Shown here one piece after another: positions 1 to 9,250 of a stretch of 64,000 nt of DNA (within the stretch, counting starts at the first letter, position 1; every line of letters starts with the position of its first letter). Position numbers and translations under genes: made by a program. Origin of the DNA: a virus (taxonomy: Duplodnaviria > Caudoviricetes); IMG/VR virus record IMGVR_UViG_3300026549_000043, positions 64,001 to 128,000 of that record; one strand, 5' to 3'. The notes below the pieces were generated by a model. The model made no database searches and was not told where the DNA came from. It saw only the letters and a list, made by a program, of their open reading frames with translations.

Positions 1-50
1 ACTGTTATTTATAGATTATAATAATAATGTAAATAAAGAGGTAAGAGAAA

Positions 51-200
51 ATGAAAAATAGACAGTGGGATGAATTAGATACAATAGAGACTATTTGTGA
101 TGATGTGTATAATGCTTCTTTTATAAAGAAAATTGAAGAAGTGAGTAAGTGGTGTATAATTATTGGTTTAATTTTACTCTTCATATATTTGTATTTATAA
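51..200 (+). CDS. small membrane protein (49 aa)
   Basis: GAGG RBS, ATG at 51, hydrophobic C-terminus WCIIIGLILLFIYLYL, TAA stop. Confidence 0.55.
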   Translation: MKNRQWDELDTIETICDDVYNASFIKKIEEVSKWCIIIGLILLFIYLYL

Positions 201-224
201 GGTTTGGTTATTAGGAGAAAGAAA

Positions 225-491
225 ATGAGTAAATCTGTAATGATAATTGATACACCTAGAGATTGTTGTGATTGTCCTTTTGGTACTATGGCTTTTGGTA
301 AAAGTGTTTGTTTACTAGATGAAGGTAATGGAATTGAATGTCCATTGAAACCATACAAAGATTTCGTTCCTATTGAGTGGATTAAATCAAAGATAGATGT
401 AATACTTGGTAGCTACCCAGATGGAAATGAAGAAACTGAAATTCTTTGCAAACTGTTATATGACTGGGAGAAAGAAAATGAGGCTAATTGA
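225..491 (+). CDS. hypothetical early protein, WEKENE family
   Basis: GGAG RBS before ATG 225; Cys-rich N-terminus; VPIEW and WEKENE motifs; ends at 500 if TGA=Trp. Confidence 0.7.
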   Translation: MSKSVMIIDTPRDCCDCPFGTMAFGKSVCLLDEGNGIECPLKPYKDFVPIEWIKSKIDVILGSYPDGNEETEILCKLLYDWEKENEAN

Positions 492-726
492 CGCAGATAG
501 ATTACTAAAACCAAGCTTTACAGATATGTTTGATAAGCCAGTGAAAATGGATATGTTCAGTCGATATGCTATCGAAAGCCAACCAACAGTAAAAGCAATT
601 CCTATTGAGTGGTTAATAAACAAGTGTAATGAAGCAGACAATATGGGAATGGGTATTGATGATTGGTCTGTGAAAGATTGCTATCAATTAGTGTTAGAAG
701 CTTGGGAGGAAGAAAATGAGAAGTAG
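478..726 (+). CDS. MRLIDAD-family phage protein
   Basis: MRLIDAD...QPTVKAIPIEW...WEEENEK. Confidence 0.75.
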   Translation: MRLIDADRLLKPSFTDMFDKPVKMDMFSRYAIESQPTVKAIPIEWLINKCNEADNMGMGIDDWSVKDCYQLVLEAWEEENEK

Positions 727-994
727 ACAGTGGAATAAGTTAACAACTGAAAGATGTAAGCAGTTTTGTAATGAATGGTGTTGCCCTTGTAATGATGGTT
801 CTACTGGTTGCTATGCTAATGACTTCTATGAGATGCTTTGTGATAGCTCTACTACTGCTCATATCTTTAGAGGTGAAGAAGATCTCTTTGATAGATTACA
901 AGAAGAGAGTTATAACCGAATGGTTGAAAGTTATGATGATCCTGAGATCTATGAAAAGTTCTGTGAAAAGTTTGTAAAAGAATTGGGAGAGTAA
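716..994 (+). CDS. hypothetical Cys-rich protein
   Basis: starts within the shared junction motif; TAA stop. Confidence 0.65.
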   Translation: MRSRQWNKLTTERCKQFCNEWCCPCNDGSTGCYANDFYEMLCDSSTTAHIFRGEEDLFDRLQEESYNRMVESYDDPEIYEKFCEKFVKELGE

Positions 995-997
995 TGA

Positions 998-1402
998 ATG
1001 GCTGCAATAGATTATGGAGTCCTAATAATTAAAGATGGCAAGGTAATAAATACTGATCTATTTCCGGTATTTACTATTGATAAATATACAATTGACTTTT
1101 ATAAGCATTCATTAACTATTTATAAAAATAATGAACTTGTAGAAAACTATTTCTTTAGTGATAAATACTCTTATTATTTAAATACAGTAGTGGGTAAAAT
1201 AAAAGTTCGAACTTTATCTCGTAAGAATCTCAGCAGATTTATTACTAGAATAAATGGGTATACTATTATATTCGGATATGGAATTGATCCCAATAAGAAC
1301 AAAGGATATCAAAAGCATATAATGAACGATTATGGGTTTGATAGGAGAGAGAAACGTATTATTTCTAAGTATTTATGGGAGAAAGAAAATGAGACTAATT
1401 GA
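998..1402 (+). CDS. hypothetical protein ending in WEKENE
   Basis: GGAG RBS; ends at 1456 if TGA=Trp. Confidence 0.7.
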   Translation: MAAIDYGVLIIKDGKVINTDLFPVFTIDKYTIDFYKHSLTIYKNNELVENYFFSDKYSYYLNTVVGKIKVRTLSRKNLSRFITRINGYTIIFGYGIDPNKNKGYQKHIMNDYGFDRREKRIISKYLWEKENETN

Positions 1403-1622
1403 TGCTGATGTATTCAAAACAGAGTATGAAAATCTAATAACTTGGGTTTCTCATAGAGCAGAAAAGGCAAGATTAAGAGAATTTATCAAGGATATTCAGA
1501 ACCAACCAACAGTAAAAGCAATTCCAGTTGAATGGCTGAAAAGGTATGAAATTATCAAAGGACAAGAAGTACGTTTACAAGATGCTATAAACGAATGGGA
1601 GAAAGAAAATGAGACTAATTGA
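1389..1622 (+). CDS. MRLIDAD-family phage protein
   Basis: MRLIDAD...QPTVKAIPVEW...WEKENE; ends at 1652 if TGA=Trp. Confidence 0.75.
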   Translation: MRLIDADVFKTEYENLITWVSHRAEKARLREFIKDIQNQPTVKAIPVEWLKRYEIIKGQEVRLQDAINEWEKENETN

Positions 1623-1857
1623 TGCTGATGAATTAAAATATCGAACTGATAAAACTGGGTTTGGGTATATTATGGCATGAGAAGTCCATGGCACTCCCAC
1701 AGTTCCAGCAATCCCTGTTAAGTGGATAGAAAATTATATTAAACGGTATTATGGCACCGGTGACTTAGTATATCCTGAAGGATTTTTAAAAGAATTAGTG
1801 ACATGGTGGAGGTATGATGAAAATGAGTATAAAGAGAATACTTCTCAGACTGATTAA
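1609..1857 (+). CDS. MRLIDAD-family protein with internal TGA (missing from ORF track)
   Basis: MRLIDADELK...IMA[TGA 1678]EVHGTPTVPAIPVKW; both family motifs are in one frame only with TGA read-through. Confidence 0.75.
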
Positions 1858-1978
1858 GAAAATCAAGCACAAAAGATTCTGCAGGTTAAATGGGTATAGA
1901 TGCCCAGATTGTATATATCACGAATGGGTGTGGGAAGGTGCAACATTTAGAGGAAATAAATGTAGATATGGGAGATAA
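1823..1978 (+). CDS. small Cys-containing hypothetical protein
   Basis: 51 aa, CPDC motif, GGAGG upstream. Confidence 0.5.
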   Translation: MSIKRILLRLIKKIKHKRFCRLNGYRCPDCIYHEWVWEGATFRGNKCRYGR

Positions 1979-1984
1979 AGAAAA

Positions 1985-2371
1985 ATGGAAATTAATGAAT
2001 TATTAGAAAAAGGTTATAAAGAGTATTCTGTTGATGCTGAGTTTGATCCCAGTGTACATAGAATGTTCCAGAAGAGATTTGATGATGAATATGGTAAACA
2101 GTACTTTATTACAGTATATACTTTTAAGCCTTGGACACACCCATATACTCATGAAGAATTTATCAGTGAACCTGAGTTTAGAGTACAATTATATTCTTCT
2201 AATGACCATAAACCATTAAACTTAAACTTCTTCTCTGGTTGGTCTATTGATGAAGTAGAAGATTATGTTTGGAAAATCTTTATTATGTGCCAAAGTAACG
2301 GAAAGACATTGAGAATGTTTGACTATTATGAAAGGTGGGAAAAAGAAAATGAGACTAATAGATGCAGATAG
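1985..2371 (+). CDS. hypothetical protein, paralog of 4896..5219
   Basis: shares LLxxGYxE...MFQKRxDDxxGKxYFITV with 4896..5219; ends WEKENE. Confidence 0.7.
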   Translation: MEINELLEKGYKEYSVDAEFDPSVHRMFQKRFDDEYGKQYFITVYTFKPWTHPYTHEEFISEPEFRVQLYSSNDHKPLNLNFFSGWSIDEVEDYVWKIFIMCQSNGKTLRMFDYYERWEKENETNRCR

Positions 2372-2807
2372 AAAGCCTAATAAAATATATAAGGTGTATG
2401 CTGCACCTTATGCCTCTTATTATGAAGGCTATATAGTTAATGAATTTTGTATAAAGGAAGATGCAGAAAAATTAGCATTGGACTTAAATAATAATCTCCT
2501 GAGACAATATAATTATGAGGTTATCGAAGAAGATGAGCCTTATGAAAATTACCCAACAGTCGAAGCCATTCCTGTTTGGTATATAATTAGGTGGTATGAG
2601 AAAAGGTATAAATTGGGTTCAACAGTTGCAGATGATTGGGAGCGTGACTTTCTTAAAGAAAAAATAGTCAAGATGCATGATGACTTCAAGAATGAGAAAT
2701 ATCTTGACAATAAACAAGAATCAGAGAGATTTGCTCAAATGATAAAAGAAGTTATTGAGTTATATAACGATTGGGAGAAAGAAAATGAGACCAATGCTGA
2801 GTGTTAA
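2349..2807 (+). CDS. MRLIDAD-family protein with long variable inserts
   Basis: MRLIDAD...YPTVEAIPVW...WEKENE. Confidence 0.75.
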   Translation: MRLIDADRKPNKIYKVYAAPYASYYEGYIVNEFCIKEDAEKLALDLNNNLLRQYNYEVIEEDEPYENYPTVEAIPVWYIIRWYEKRYKLGSTVADDWERDFLKEKIVKMHDDFKNEKYLDNKQESERFAQMIKEVIELYNDWEKENETNAEC

Positions 2808-2994
2808 AGTAATTGATAGTGATACTGGTATTGAGTTAGATAAAGTATATAAATTGATTGCACCAACAAAATTTGATTATGAGTTTGTCGGTGATGAAAT
2901 AATGTATAGAATATATAGATGGAATTTTGCTTACTCAATAGCAGATGATTATGCTTTAAAATTAGAAGAAAAGATGGAGAAAGAAAATGGATAA
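2785..2994 (+). CDS. hypothetical protein
   Basis: bounded on both sides by the junction motif. Confidence 0.6.
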   Translation: MRPMLSVKVIDSDTGIELDKVYKLIAPTKFDYEFVGDEIMYRIYRWNFAYSIADDYALKLEEKMEKENG

Positions 2995-3268
2995 TGAAAT
3001 GATTACCCACGAGCAGGTAATGGAGTACTGTAAAAACCGTAATTACGCATTGGTTGATAAAGAGTATTTACATATTATTCTTGGTGATAAGCCTATGAAA
3101 TTATTTGGGTTACCGATAGAAGATGTAATGAGAATTGTAGAGATATATAAGTATAAGGGAGTTGTACCAACCACTGACTATACAGAAGGCTTTGAAGATG
3201 GGATGAATTATATGAAAACCTATTATGAAAAGGTTATGGACGAATTAATAAAAAATGTTATGAGGTAA
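2987..3268 (+). CDS. hypothetical protein
   Basis: ORF with GGAG RBS, TAA stop. Confidence 0.65.
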   Translation: MDNEMITHEQVMEYCKNRNYALVDKEYLHIILGDKPMKLFGLPIEDVMRIVEIYKYKGVVPTTDYTEGFEDGMNYMKTYYEKVMDELIKNVMR

Positions 3269-3275
3269 TTAGATA

Positions 3276-3521
3276 ATGAGACTGATCGATGCAGATGAAC
3301 TTGTAAAAATCTGTAGAAAAGGTTGGAGATTATTTGGCTTCAGTGATGAGAAAATATGCCATTGGGTTGATGAATATGACATAAATGCACAACCGACTAT
3401 CAAGGCGATTCCTATTGAATGGATTCTTAATCACCCTAAGTTTCCGCATAAAAATGAAGATAGAAAAAAGTGCATTTTAGATATGATAGAAGACTGGGAG
3501 AAAGAAAATGAAACTGATTAA
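3276..3521 (+). CDS. MRLIDAD-family phage protein
   Basis: MRLIDAD...QPTIKAIPIEW...WEKENE. Confidence 0.75.
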   Translation: MRLIDADELVKICRKGWRLFGFSDEKICHWVDEYDINAQPTIKAIPIEWILNHPKFPHKNEDRKKCILDMIEDWEKENETD

Positions 3522-3786
3522 CTCCAATAAGTTTAAAGAAAAATTAAATTATCTTAACTATGAGTTATATAATTCTCACCCAATAGGTGAATTATCTAAA
3601 GAAGAAAAAGATACAGTTAGTTGGTATATTTATCACATCAATAAAATGGTTGATAATATGTCTATGGAAAGTGCTGTTCCTGTTGAGTGGATAAAGAAGT
3701 ATATAGATAATAGACTTATTAAATATGGTGATACTTGGACTTTTATAAACTGTATGATAAATGAATGGGAGAAAAAGAATGGATAA
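3508..3786 (+). CDS. divergent MRLIDAD-family protein
   Basis: MKLINS...AVPVEW...WEKKNG. Confidence 0.7.
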   Translation: MKLINSNKFKEKLNYLNYELYNSHPIGELSKEEKDTVSWYIYHINKMVDNMSMESAVPVEWIKKYIDNRLIKYGDTWTFINCMINEWEKKNG

Positions 3787-4000
3787 ATTAGATGAACTAT
3801 TTGATGTATTACAGAAGATAAAAGATAAGTGTAACTTACACGGCAAGGCAACAAATTGGAAATGTGATACTTGTCCCTTTGGCCTTAATGACCATTTGTT
3901 CTATTGTCAATTCATTCAAATCGCTGATTTATTCTATAGAGAACCAGCATTATGGGACTTAAAGAAGTTAAGAGAGATATTAAATGAAGGTCATTTTTAG
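3779..4000 (+). CDS. hypothetical protein with CxxCPF motif
   Basis: starts in junction motif. Confidence 0.6.
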   Translation: MDKLDELFDVLQKIKDKCNLHGKATNWKCDTCPFGLNDHLFYCQFIQIADLFYREPALWDLKKLREILNEGHF

Positions 4001-4262
4001 AATAAATGCTGACAATTTTAGAGATTATCTAGAAAGGGCTACTAGGTTAAAAGCAGCTTGGGAAGATTCTCAAGATCTTGATTGTATCATTGTCTCAAAA
4101 GATGTAGACGTATTTTTAGTTGACCCTGATAGTGAAATTGAAATTATGCCACAGCTTCCAGACTACATTTCTGAAGAAGAGCGCATTAAGGGTAATATAC
4201 CTATTGAATATTGTTTTGGTTGGAAAGATTGTTTAGATACAATAAAGGGGAATAAAGAATGA
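3984..4262 (+). CDS. hypothetical protein
   Basis: GWKDCL motif; TGA followed two codons later by TAG. Confidence 0.6.
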   Translation: MKVIFRINADNFRDYLERATRLKAAWEDSQDLDCIIVSKDVDVFLVDPDSEIEIMPQLPDYISEEERIKGNIPIEYCFGWKDCLDTIKGNKE

Positions 4263-4507
4263 AAGTAGTAAATGCAGATAAGTTAAAGAGTTATGCCTTG
4301 AAATCAATTCATGATGAAAAGATTACGGATTCATTTAGAACTGGTGTCGAGTTTACCCTAGGTTTATTAGATGCCTTTGAAATTGATGATGCTATTCCTG
4401 TTTCTTGGCTTATAGATAAGGCTCAGGAAAAATTGATTGATAGAGAAATCACCGGTGCTGAAATGACTTTTATTAAGAGTCTAATTGAAGAATGGAGAAA
4501 TGAATAG
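4259..4507 (+). CDS. divergent MRLIDAD-family protein
   Basis: MKVVNAD...AIPVSW...EEWRNE. Confidence 0.65.
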   Translation: MKVVNADKLKSYALKSIHDEKITDSFRTGVEFTLGLLDAFEIDDAIPVSWLIDKAQEKLIDREITGAEMTFIKSLIEEWRNE

Positions 4508-4537
4508 TTTATAAACCTATATAAAGAATTATATAAT
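4505..4537 (+). promoter_or_regulatory. SigA-type early promoter (TAGTTTA..-35 / TATAAT -10)
   Basis: TTTATA-N18-TATAAT; same architecture at 6760, 9197, 11972, 20517, 25424, 37918. Confidence 0.65.
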
Positions 4538-4564
4538 ATAAATATAATAAAAGAGGTAATAATT

Positions 4565-4903
4565 ATGAACAGTATGTACTTTGGTAAAAAAGAATTAGAA
4601 GCTATGTATGAATTGATTCGTTTCTTAAATGAACAGTCATATAAGTCTGAGTATTATAATGATGTTCATATTTTCCCAGCTGATTTAGGAGCTTTTGTTG
4701 TAGAATGGGCTCAAGTACCCTGGGATCATACTTATGGTGGCAGCTTTAGGTATGTAGATGAGAATCAAACTGTATGTACTGAATTGAAATATCCAGATGA
4801 TACCTTCGGTTATGTCGAAGATCCTGGAGAAGCCTTAAATGAGTGGCTAGAAGAGAATCCGGGCTGGACCAAAGATGAATGGGGATATTGGCATCATGAA
4901 TAG
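4565..4903 (+). CDS. hypothetical protein
   Basis: GAGG RBS, ORF. Confidence 0.7.
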   Translation: MNSMYFGKKELEAMYELIRFLNEQSYKSEYYNDVHIFPADLGAFVVEWAQVPWDHTYGGSFRYVDENQTVCTELKYPDDTFGYVEDPGEALNEWLEENPGWTKDEWGYWHHE

Positions 4904-5219
4904 AGAAGAACTCTTAAAAAGAGGCTATACTGAATTTGGTGGTAAAGATACAGGTAATGTACGTACTAGTATGTTCCAGAAGCGTATTGATGATCAAAAA
5001 GGTAAGAAGTATTTTATTACCGTAACGTATAGTATCTTTAACATTAATGGAAAATCATTTGAAAGCTTTGAATGTGAAACTCAATTCAATAATAGGGTCG
5101 GCACGAAGAATATTGTTTGGTTGTCTGTTGAAGATATAGATAAAGTAGAAGAAGAAGCCGAGCTACTCTGGAATGTTCTAAAAGGAGAATATTATGAAGA
5201 ATATTATGAAGATTTTTAA
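4896..5219 (+). CDS. hypothetical protein, paralog of 1985..2371
   Basis: MFQKRIDDQKGKKYFITV. Confidence 0.7.
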   Translation: MNREELLKRGYTEFGGKDTGNVRTSMFQKRIDDQKGKKYFITVTYSIFNINGKSFESFECETQFNNRVGTKNIVWLSVEDIDKVEEEAELLWNVLKGEYYEEYYEDF

Positions 5220-5508
5220 TTCTAAAGACTATAGCTTAGAAATGTCGCCTTTAAAAGAAGGTATTGACTTTTACTACACTTTCCATTATGTCTTTAATGG
5301 AAATAAGTTATGTTTCGTATTAGCCGATACTTATGAAAAGGATTATACTAATAACCCTTGTAAGTCAAAGAAGTGGAATAGATATAATCGTTTAAGAAAG
5401 TCCCTAAGACCATTCTGGGACACTAATAAGCCGGAATCATTAGAAGAAAGAGTTGAAGAACTGATTAAAGACAAAGAAGAAATAGAAAAAGAGCTTAAGG
5501 AGGATTAA
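5206..5508 (+). CDS. hypothetical protein
   Basis: ORF overlapping the upstream stop; start uncertain. Confidence 0.6.
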   Translation: MKIFNSKDYSLEMSPLKEGIDFYYTFHYVFNGNKLCFVLADTYEKDYTNNPCKSKKWNRYNRLRKSLRPFWDTNKPESLEERVEELIKDKEEIEKELKED

Positions 5509-5509
5509 T

Positions 5510-6022
5510 ATGGGATTAGACTTTACAATTTATAAGAAGAAAGTAAATGAAACTTGTGAACAGGCTTGGAATGCTATAGTTAGTGAATGGCGTGAATCAG
5601 GTTATACTACTACCTCTGAAAGAGAGTTAGCCTATGGTCGTAAAAGCTGGGAATTAGTCTATGAATTAGTACCAGATTATGGAGACTATTTTGATTCTGA
5701 TGACCCAATCATTTCTAAAGAAAGATGGGATTCTTTAATGAATAAAATCTCGGAAATTGGCCCTAAGCTTGATAAGATCTGGGATGCTTTTAATAAAGAA
5801 GAAAAGGCCCCGGATGATTATCCTGAATTTATCTTTGGTGACGAAGAAAAGAAGCTTATTGCTGAGTATGAATACTGGTATGATAAGACTTTCGATGTAG
5901 CCCCAACTTTAGGATATTTCTTCTCTGTGGGTTATATTATGGATTTCTGGAATGCCAATGACCGTGTTCAGAAAGTTTTTGAAGACCCAGAGTGGGAAGT
6001 TAGAGCGAGCGTGAGCTATTAG
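5510..6022 (+). CDS. hypothetical phage protein (MGLD...YxRK family)
   Basis: AGGAGG RBS; MGLD N-terminus. Confidence 0.7.
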   Translation: MGLDFTIYKKKVNETCEQAWNAIVSEWRESGYTTTSERELAYGRKSWELVYELVPDYGDYFDSDDPIISKERWDSLMNKISEIGPKLDKIWDAFNKEEKAPDDYPEFIFGDEEKKLIAEYEYWYDKTFDVAPTLGYFFSVGYIMDFWNANDRVQKVFEDPEWEVRASVSY

Positions 6023-6762
6023 TGAAGTATTTTATTGTAGCTGATGTTCATGGTTTCTATAATGAAATGATTGAAGCCCTTGAAAAAGAGGGCTTTGATA
6101 AGACTAACCCTAATCATACTTTTGTCTCCTTAGGTGACTTATTAGATAGAGGTGAACAACCCAAGGAATGCTTAAAGTTTGTTAACAGTCTTGAAAGAAA
6201 GATCTTAATCGTAGGGAATCATGAACTCTTAATGGATGAAATGGCCGAAAGAGGTTACCCCAGAGATTATGATTTTAAAAATGGTACTCTCAATACGGCC
6301 AGGATCCTAACCAATACTAAGCCAGATGAGATCTGCTCAAATATGAAAGATAATGAACTTTATCAGACATACCGTAAAGAATGCAAGTTTTATCATGAGG
6401 TTGGAGACCATATCTTTGTTCATGGTTGAATTCCTTGCATCTATGCTGGAAAGTACAGTATTACTCCTGTAGCTTATAAGAAAGATTGGAGAGATGCTCC
6501 TTTAGTAGAATGGATTGACTCAACCTGGATCAATGGTATGTTAGCCTGGGCTGCAAAAATAAGAGAACCTGGAAAGACAATCTGGTGTGGACATTGGCAT
6601 ACTTCTTATGGCCATGCTAATTTACATAACTATGGAGTTGAGTTTCCGCACGAAAAAGGTGAAGAGGCACATTTCTCCCCTTTCATAGATGAAGGGATTG
6701 TAGCTATGGATGCTTGTACTGCCTATTCAAAAAAAGTTAATTGTAAGGTCATAGAAATTTAG
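6022..6762 (+). CDS. calcineurin-like metallophosphoesterase
   Basis: DVHG, GDLLDRG, GNHE, HG[TGA=W]IP, GHWH; track ORFs 6022 and 6538 are in frame and join through TGA 6427. Confidence 0.9.
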
Positions 6763-7069
6763 TTTATAAATGGTATAGATCTATTTATAATTAAATTATA
6801 AAATAAAAGGTTAATAAAATATGTTGTGGGAAATATTTAAAATAATTATCAGTTTAATTTTTCTAATTATATTAATCAGTTTTTTATTAGCTATGATTCT
6901 TAGTATTTTCTGGGTAGATCTATTCCATGAATTACTCAGGGAAATATTTGATAAGGAGGAATAAGATGACCTTTCGTGATTTTTTAATTTATTTTGGAAT
7001 ATTTTTTGCTGGATGTTGCACTGGGATTATGTTATTAGCTATTTTATCAGTAAATAGAATTGATGATTA

Positions 7070-7630
7070 ATGGATTATAAAGAACGTATACTTAAACAGG
7101 TAATAGACTGGGAAAAGATTGATAAACCTAATATACCAGATGTTATTGAAGTATTTGATGTTAATGAAACTGATTTTATTAATTATAAAGAATCTACCTT
7201 TATGATTTATTCAGGAATATCTTGTACTTTTAAATGTGATAAAGAAAATGGGACTCAGATCTGTCAGAACTGGGGTATAAGAAATAATAAAAGAATAAAA
7301 ACTTCAATTGAAGGGTTGATTAATAAATATCTTAATCAAAATATTTCTAAATCAATTTCTTTTCAAGGCCTAGAACCTTTAGATAACTTATTTCAGCTTT
7401 TATGTTTTATTTATCGTTTCAGAGTTAAATGTGATGACCCAATTATAATTTGGACTGGATATACTGAAGAAGAATGTGATAGCTTAATACAATTAATAAA
7501 ATCAATGAATTTAAAAAATATTATCATAAAGTTTGGTAGGTATATTCCAGGACAGAAAAGTCATTATGATGAAATTTTAGGTATAGACCTAGCATCGGAT
7601 AATCAATATTCAAAAATGATTAATGAATAA
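7070..7630 (+). CDS. nrdG: anaerobic ribonucleotide reductase activating protein-like (radical SAM)
   Basis: GISCTFKC...C, GLEP, WTGY, IKFGRY, LASDNQ. Confidence 0.7.
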   Translation: MDYKERILKQVIDWEKIDKPNIPDVIEVFDVNETDFINYKESTFMIYSGISCTFKCDKENGTQICQNWGIRNNKRIKTSIEGLINKYLNQNISKSISFQGLEPLDNLFQLLCFIYRFRVKCDDPIIIWTGYTEEECDSLIQLIKSMNLKNIIIKFGRYIPGQKSHYDEILGIDLASDNQYSKMINE

Positions 7631-7649
7631 TTATTTTGGAGGTTACTTA

Positions 7650-7919
7650 ATGTTAACTAGAGAAGAATTTAAGAGAAGTGTAGAGGCATATGAAGATTTT
7701 GAGAATTATTTGGATAAACTGGCCGAGCTTCAAATAAATATATGGGAGAATGATTCGGTTGGTTGGTTTAGAGATCAGTATATGACTTTATTATGTAAAG
7801 CTATGGAACAGGAGTTAGATAATATATATTTAAATGATCTAGAAGAATTCGTATACAATAATTTTTCTTCAGAAAATATTGATACAGTATATGATAAATT
7901 GGTAGGAGAAAACAAATAA
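7650..7919 (+). CDS. hypothetical protein
   Basis: GGAGG RBS before ATG 7650. Confidence 0.65.
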   Translation: MLTREEFKRSVEAYEDFENYLDKLAELQINIWENDSVGWFRDQYMTLLCKAMEQELDNIYLNDLEEFVYNNFSSENIDTVYDKLVGENK

Positions 7920-8578
7920 TGGCGGGATTATTTATTGTTTTGGAAGGTGGAGAGGGCTGTGGTAAATCAACCATAGCTGATTATCTCTTTAAAAGATTAT
8001 CTTCTAATGGTTATAGAGTATTATTAACTAGAGAACCAGGTGGAGTAAAAATTTCAGAACAAATTCGTAATATTATTTTAGATAATAATAACAAAGAAAT
8101 GGATCCAATGACTGAGGCTTTATTATATGCTGCTTCAAGGAGGCAACATTTAATTGAAAAGGTTATTCCAGAATTAGAATCTAATGGCATTGTCATTTGT
8201 GACCGTTTCATTGACTCTTCATTAGCCTATCAAGGTTATGCTCGTGGCTTAGGTATTAATAATATTATGAAACTAAATTCTTTTGCTATACAGGACCCAA
8301 AATCATCAAATAAATATTTCCCTGATTTAAGTATATTTTTAGATATAGACCCAATAAAAGGACTAGATCGAGTTAAATCTCGTGGAGAAAAATTAAACCG
8401 CTTAGATAAAGAAAAATTAGGTTTTCATTATTTAGTTAGAGAAGGTTATAATAAAATTATTCAGACTAATAACTATATAATAAAAATAGATGCATCAGAA
8501 GAATTATCTGTTGTAGAAGAAAAGGTTTATAATAAAGTTTTAGAATTAATTACTAGTAAAGGATTACAAATAAATTAA
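7919..8578 (+). CDS. tmk: thymidylate kinase
   Basis: EGGEGCGKST P-loop, TREPGG, CDRFIDSSLAYQG. Confidence 0.95.
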   Translation: MAGLFIVLEGGEGCGKSTIADYLFKRLSSNGYRVLLTREPGGVKISEQIRNIILDNNNKEMDPMTEALLYAASRRQHLIEKVIPELESNGIVICDRFIDSSLAYQGYARGLGINNIMKLNSFAIQDPKSSNKYFPDLSIFLDIDPIKGLDRVKSRGEKLNRLDKEKLGFHYLVREGYNKIIQTNNYIIKIDASEELSVVEEKVYNKVLELITSKGLQIN

Positions 8579-8593
8579 AGGAGGATTATATAA

Positions 8594-8884
8594 ATGTTAG
8601 AAGTTAATTACTTAGGAAAAGACTTATATGACAAGGTTAATCAATTAGTGGAAAAGTCTTTCTACAAGATCTATCGAAGAGACCCTGAAAATAGTTATGA
8701 GATTAATAATATTTCATTAGACTTTACGACCTGTGAGGATGAGACTGACAAGCCTCTTATCACCGTAAGTATAACTTGTTTCACTAAAGCTGAAGGAGTT
8801 TTCTCAGTAGAACTTGATTATTTCTTAGATGAGTCAGATGATTTCAATGTTGGATCATTCTATACGAGTATTACAAACGCATAA
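8594..8884 (+). CDS. hypothetical protein
   Basis: GGAGG RBS, ORF. Confidence 0.65.
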   Translation: MLEVNYLGKDLYDKVNQLVEKSFYKIYRRDPENSYEINNISLDFTTCEDETDKPLITVSITCFTKAEGVFSVELDYFLDESDDFNVGSFYTSITNA

Positions 8885-8887
8885 GCT

Positions 8888-8989
8888 ATGAAGCATACAT
8901 CAACATTCTTATTATGACTCTTATTAGGTTTAATCATAGGACCATTAGGAGTAGCATACTTATTAGTTAAAACATTAGATGAGGGTTAA
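8888..8989 (+). CDS. small membrane peptide with internal TGA
   Basis: MKHTSTFLL[W]LLLGLIIGPLGVAYLLVKTLDEG; hydrophobic helix continues through TGA 8915. Confidence 0.45.
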
Positions 8990-9167
8990 TTATGAAGAAG
9001 ATTACAGAAGATGAAGCCTATGGAATGTATTTAAGTTGGGGATACGATGAAGTTCTCCCATTTAAAGATGAATTTACTGGTATAGATTTTATTAATTATT
9101 TAATATTTTTAGGTTATAGTATTGAATAAAATAAATGGATCTTAAGTCCATATTAGGTATATATCTT

Positions 9168-9196
9168 AAAAAATAGGAATACTCCTATTTTTTATT
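9168..9196 (+). terminator. intrinsic terminator
   Basis: AAAATAGGA/TCCTATTTT stem with T-run. Confidence 0.6.
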
Positions 9197-9250
9197 TAGT
9201 TTAATTTATAGCGAAATTATTATACAATATATATGTCTCAGGAGGTATGT

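Larger units (their letters stand above)
212..3781 (+). repeat. dispersed gene-junction repeat TGGGAGAAAGAAAATG(AGACTAATTGATGC)
   Basis: exact copies at 465, 1376, 1596, 2772, 3495; variants at 212, 703, 1969, 2336, 2975, 3766. Confidence 0.85.

Noticed and set aside
212-3781. Junction repeats as a CRISPR array
   Set aside because: The spacers are 200-700 bp coding sequences of unequal length, the repeats are non-palindromic, and no cas genes are present.
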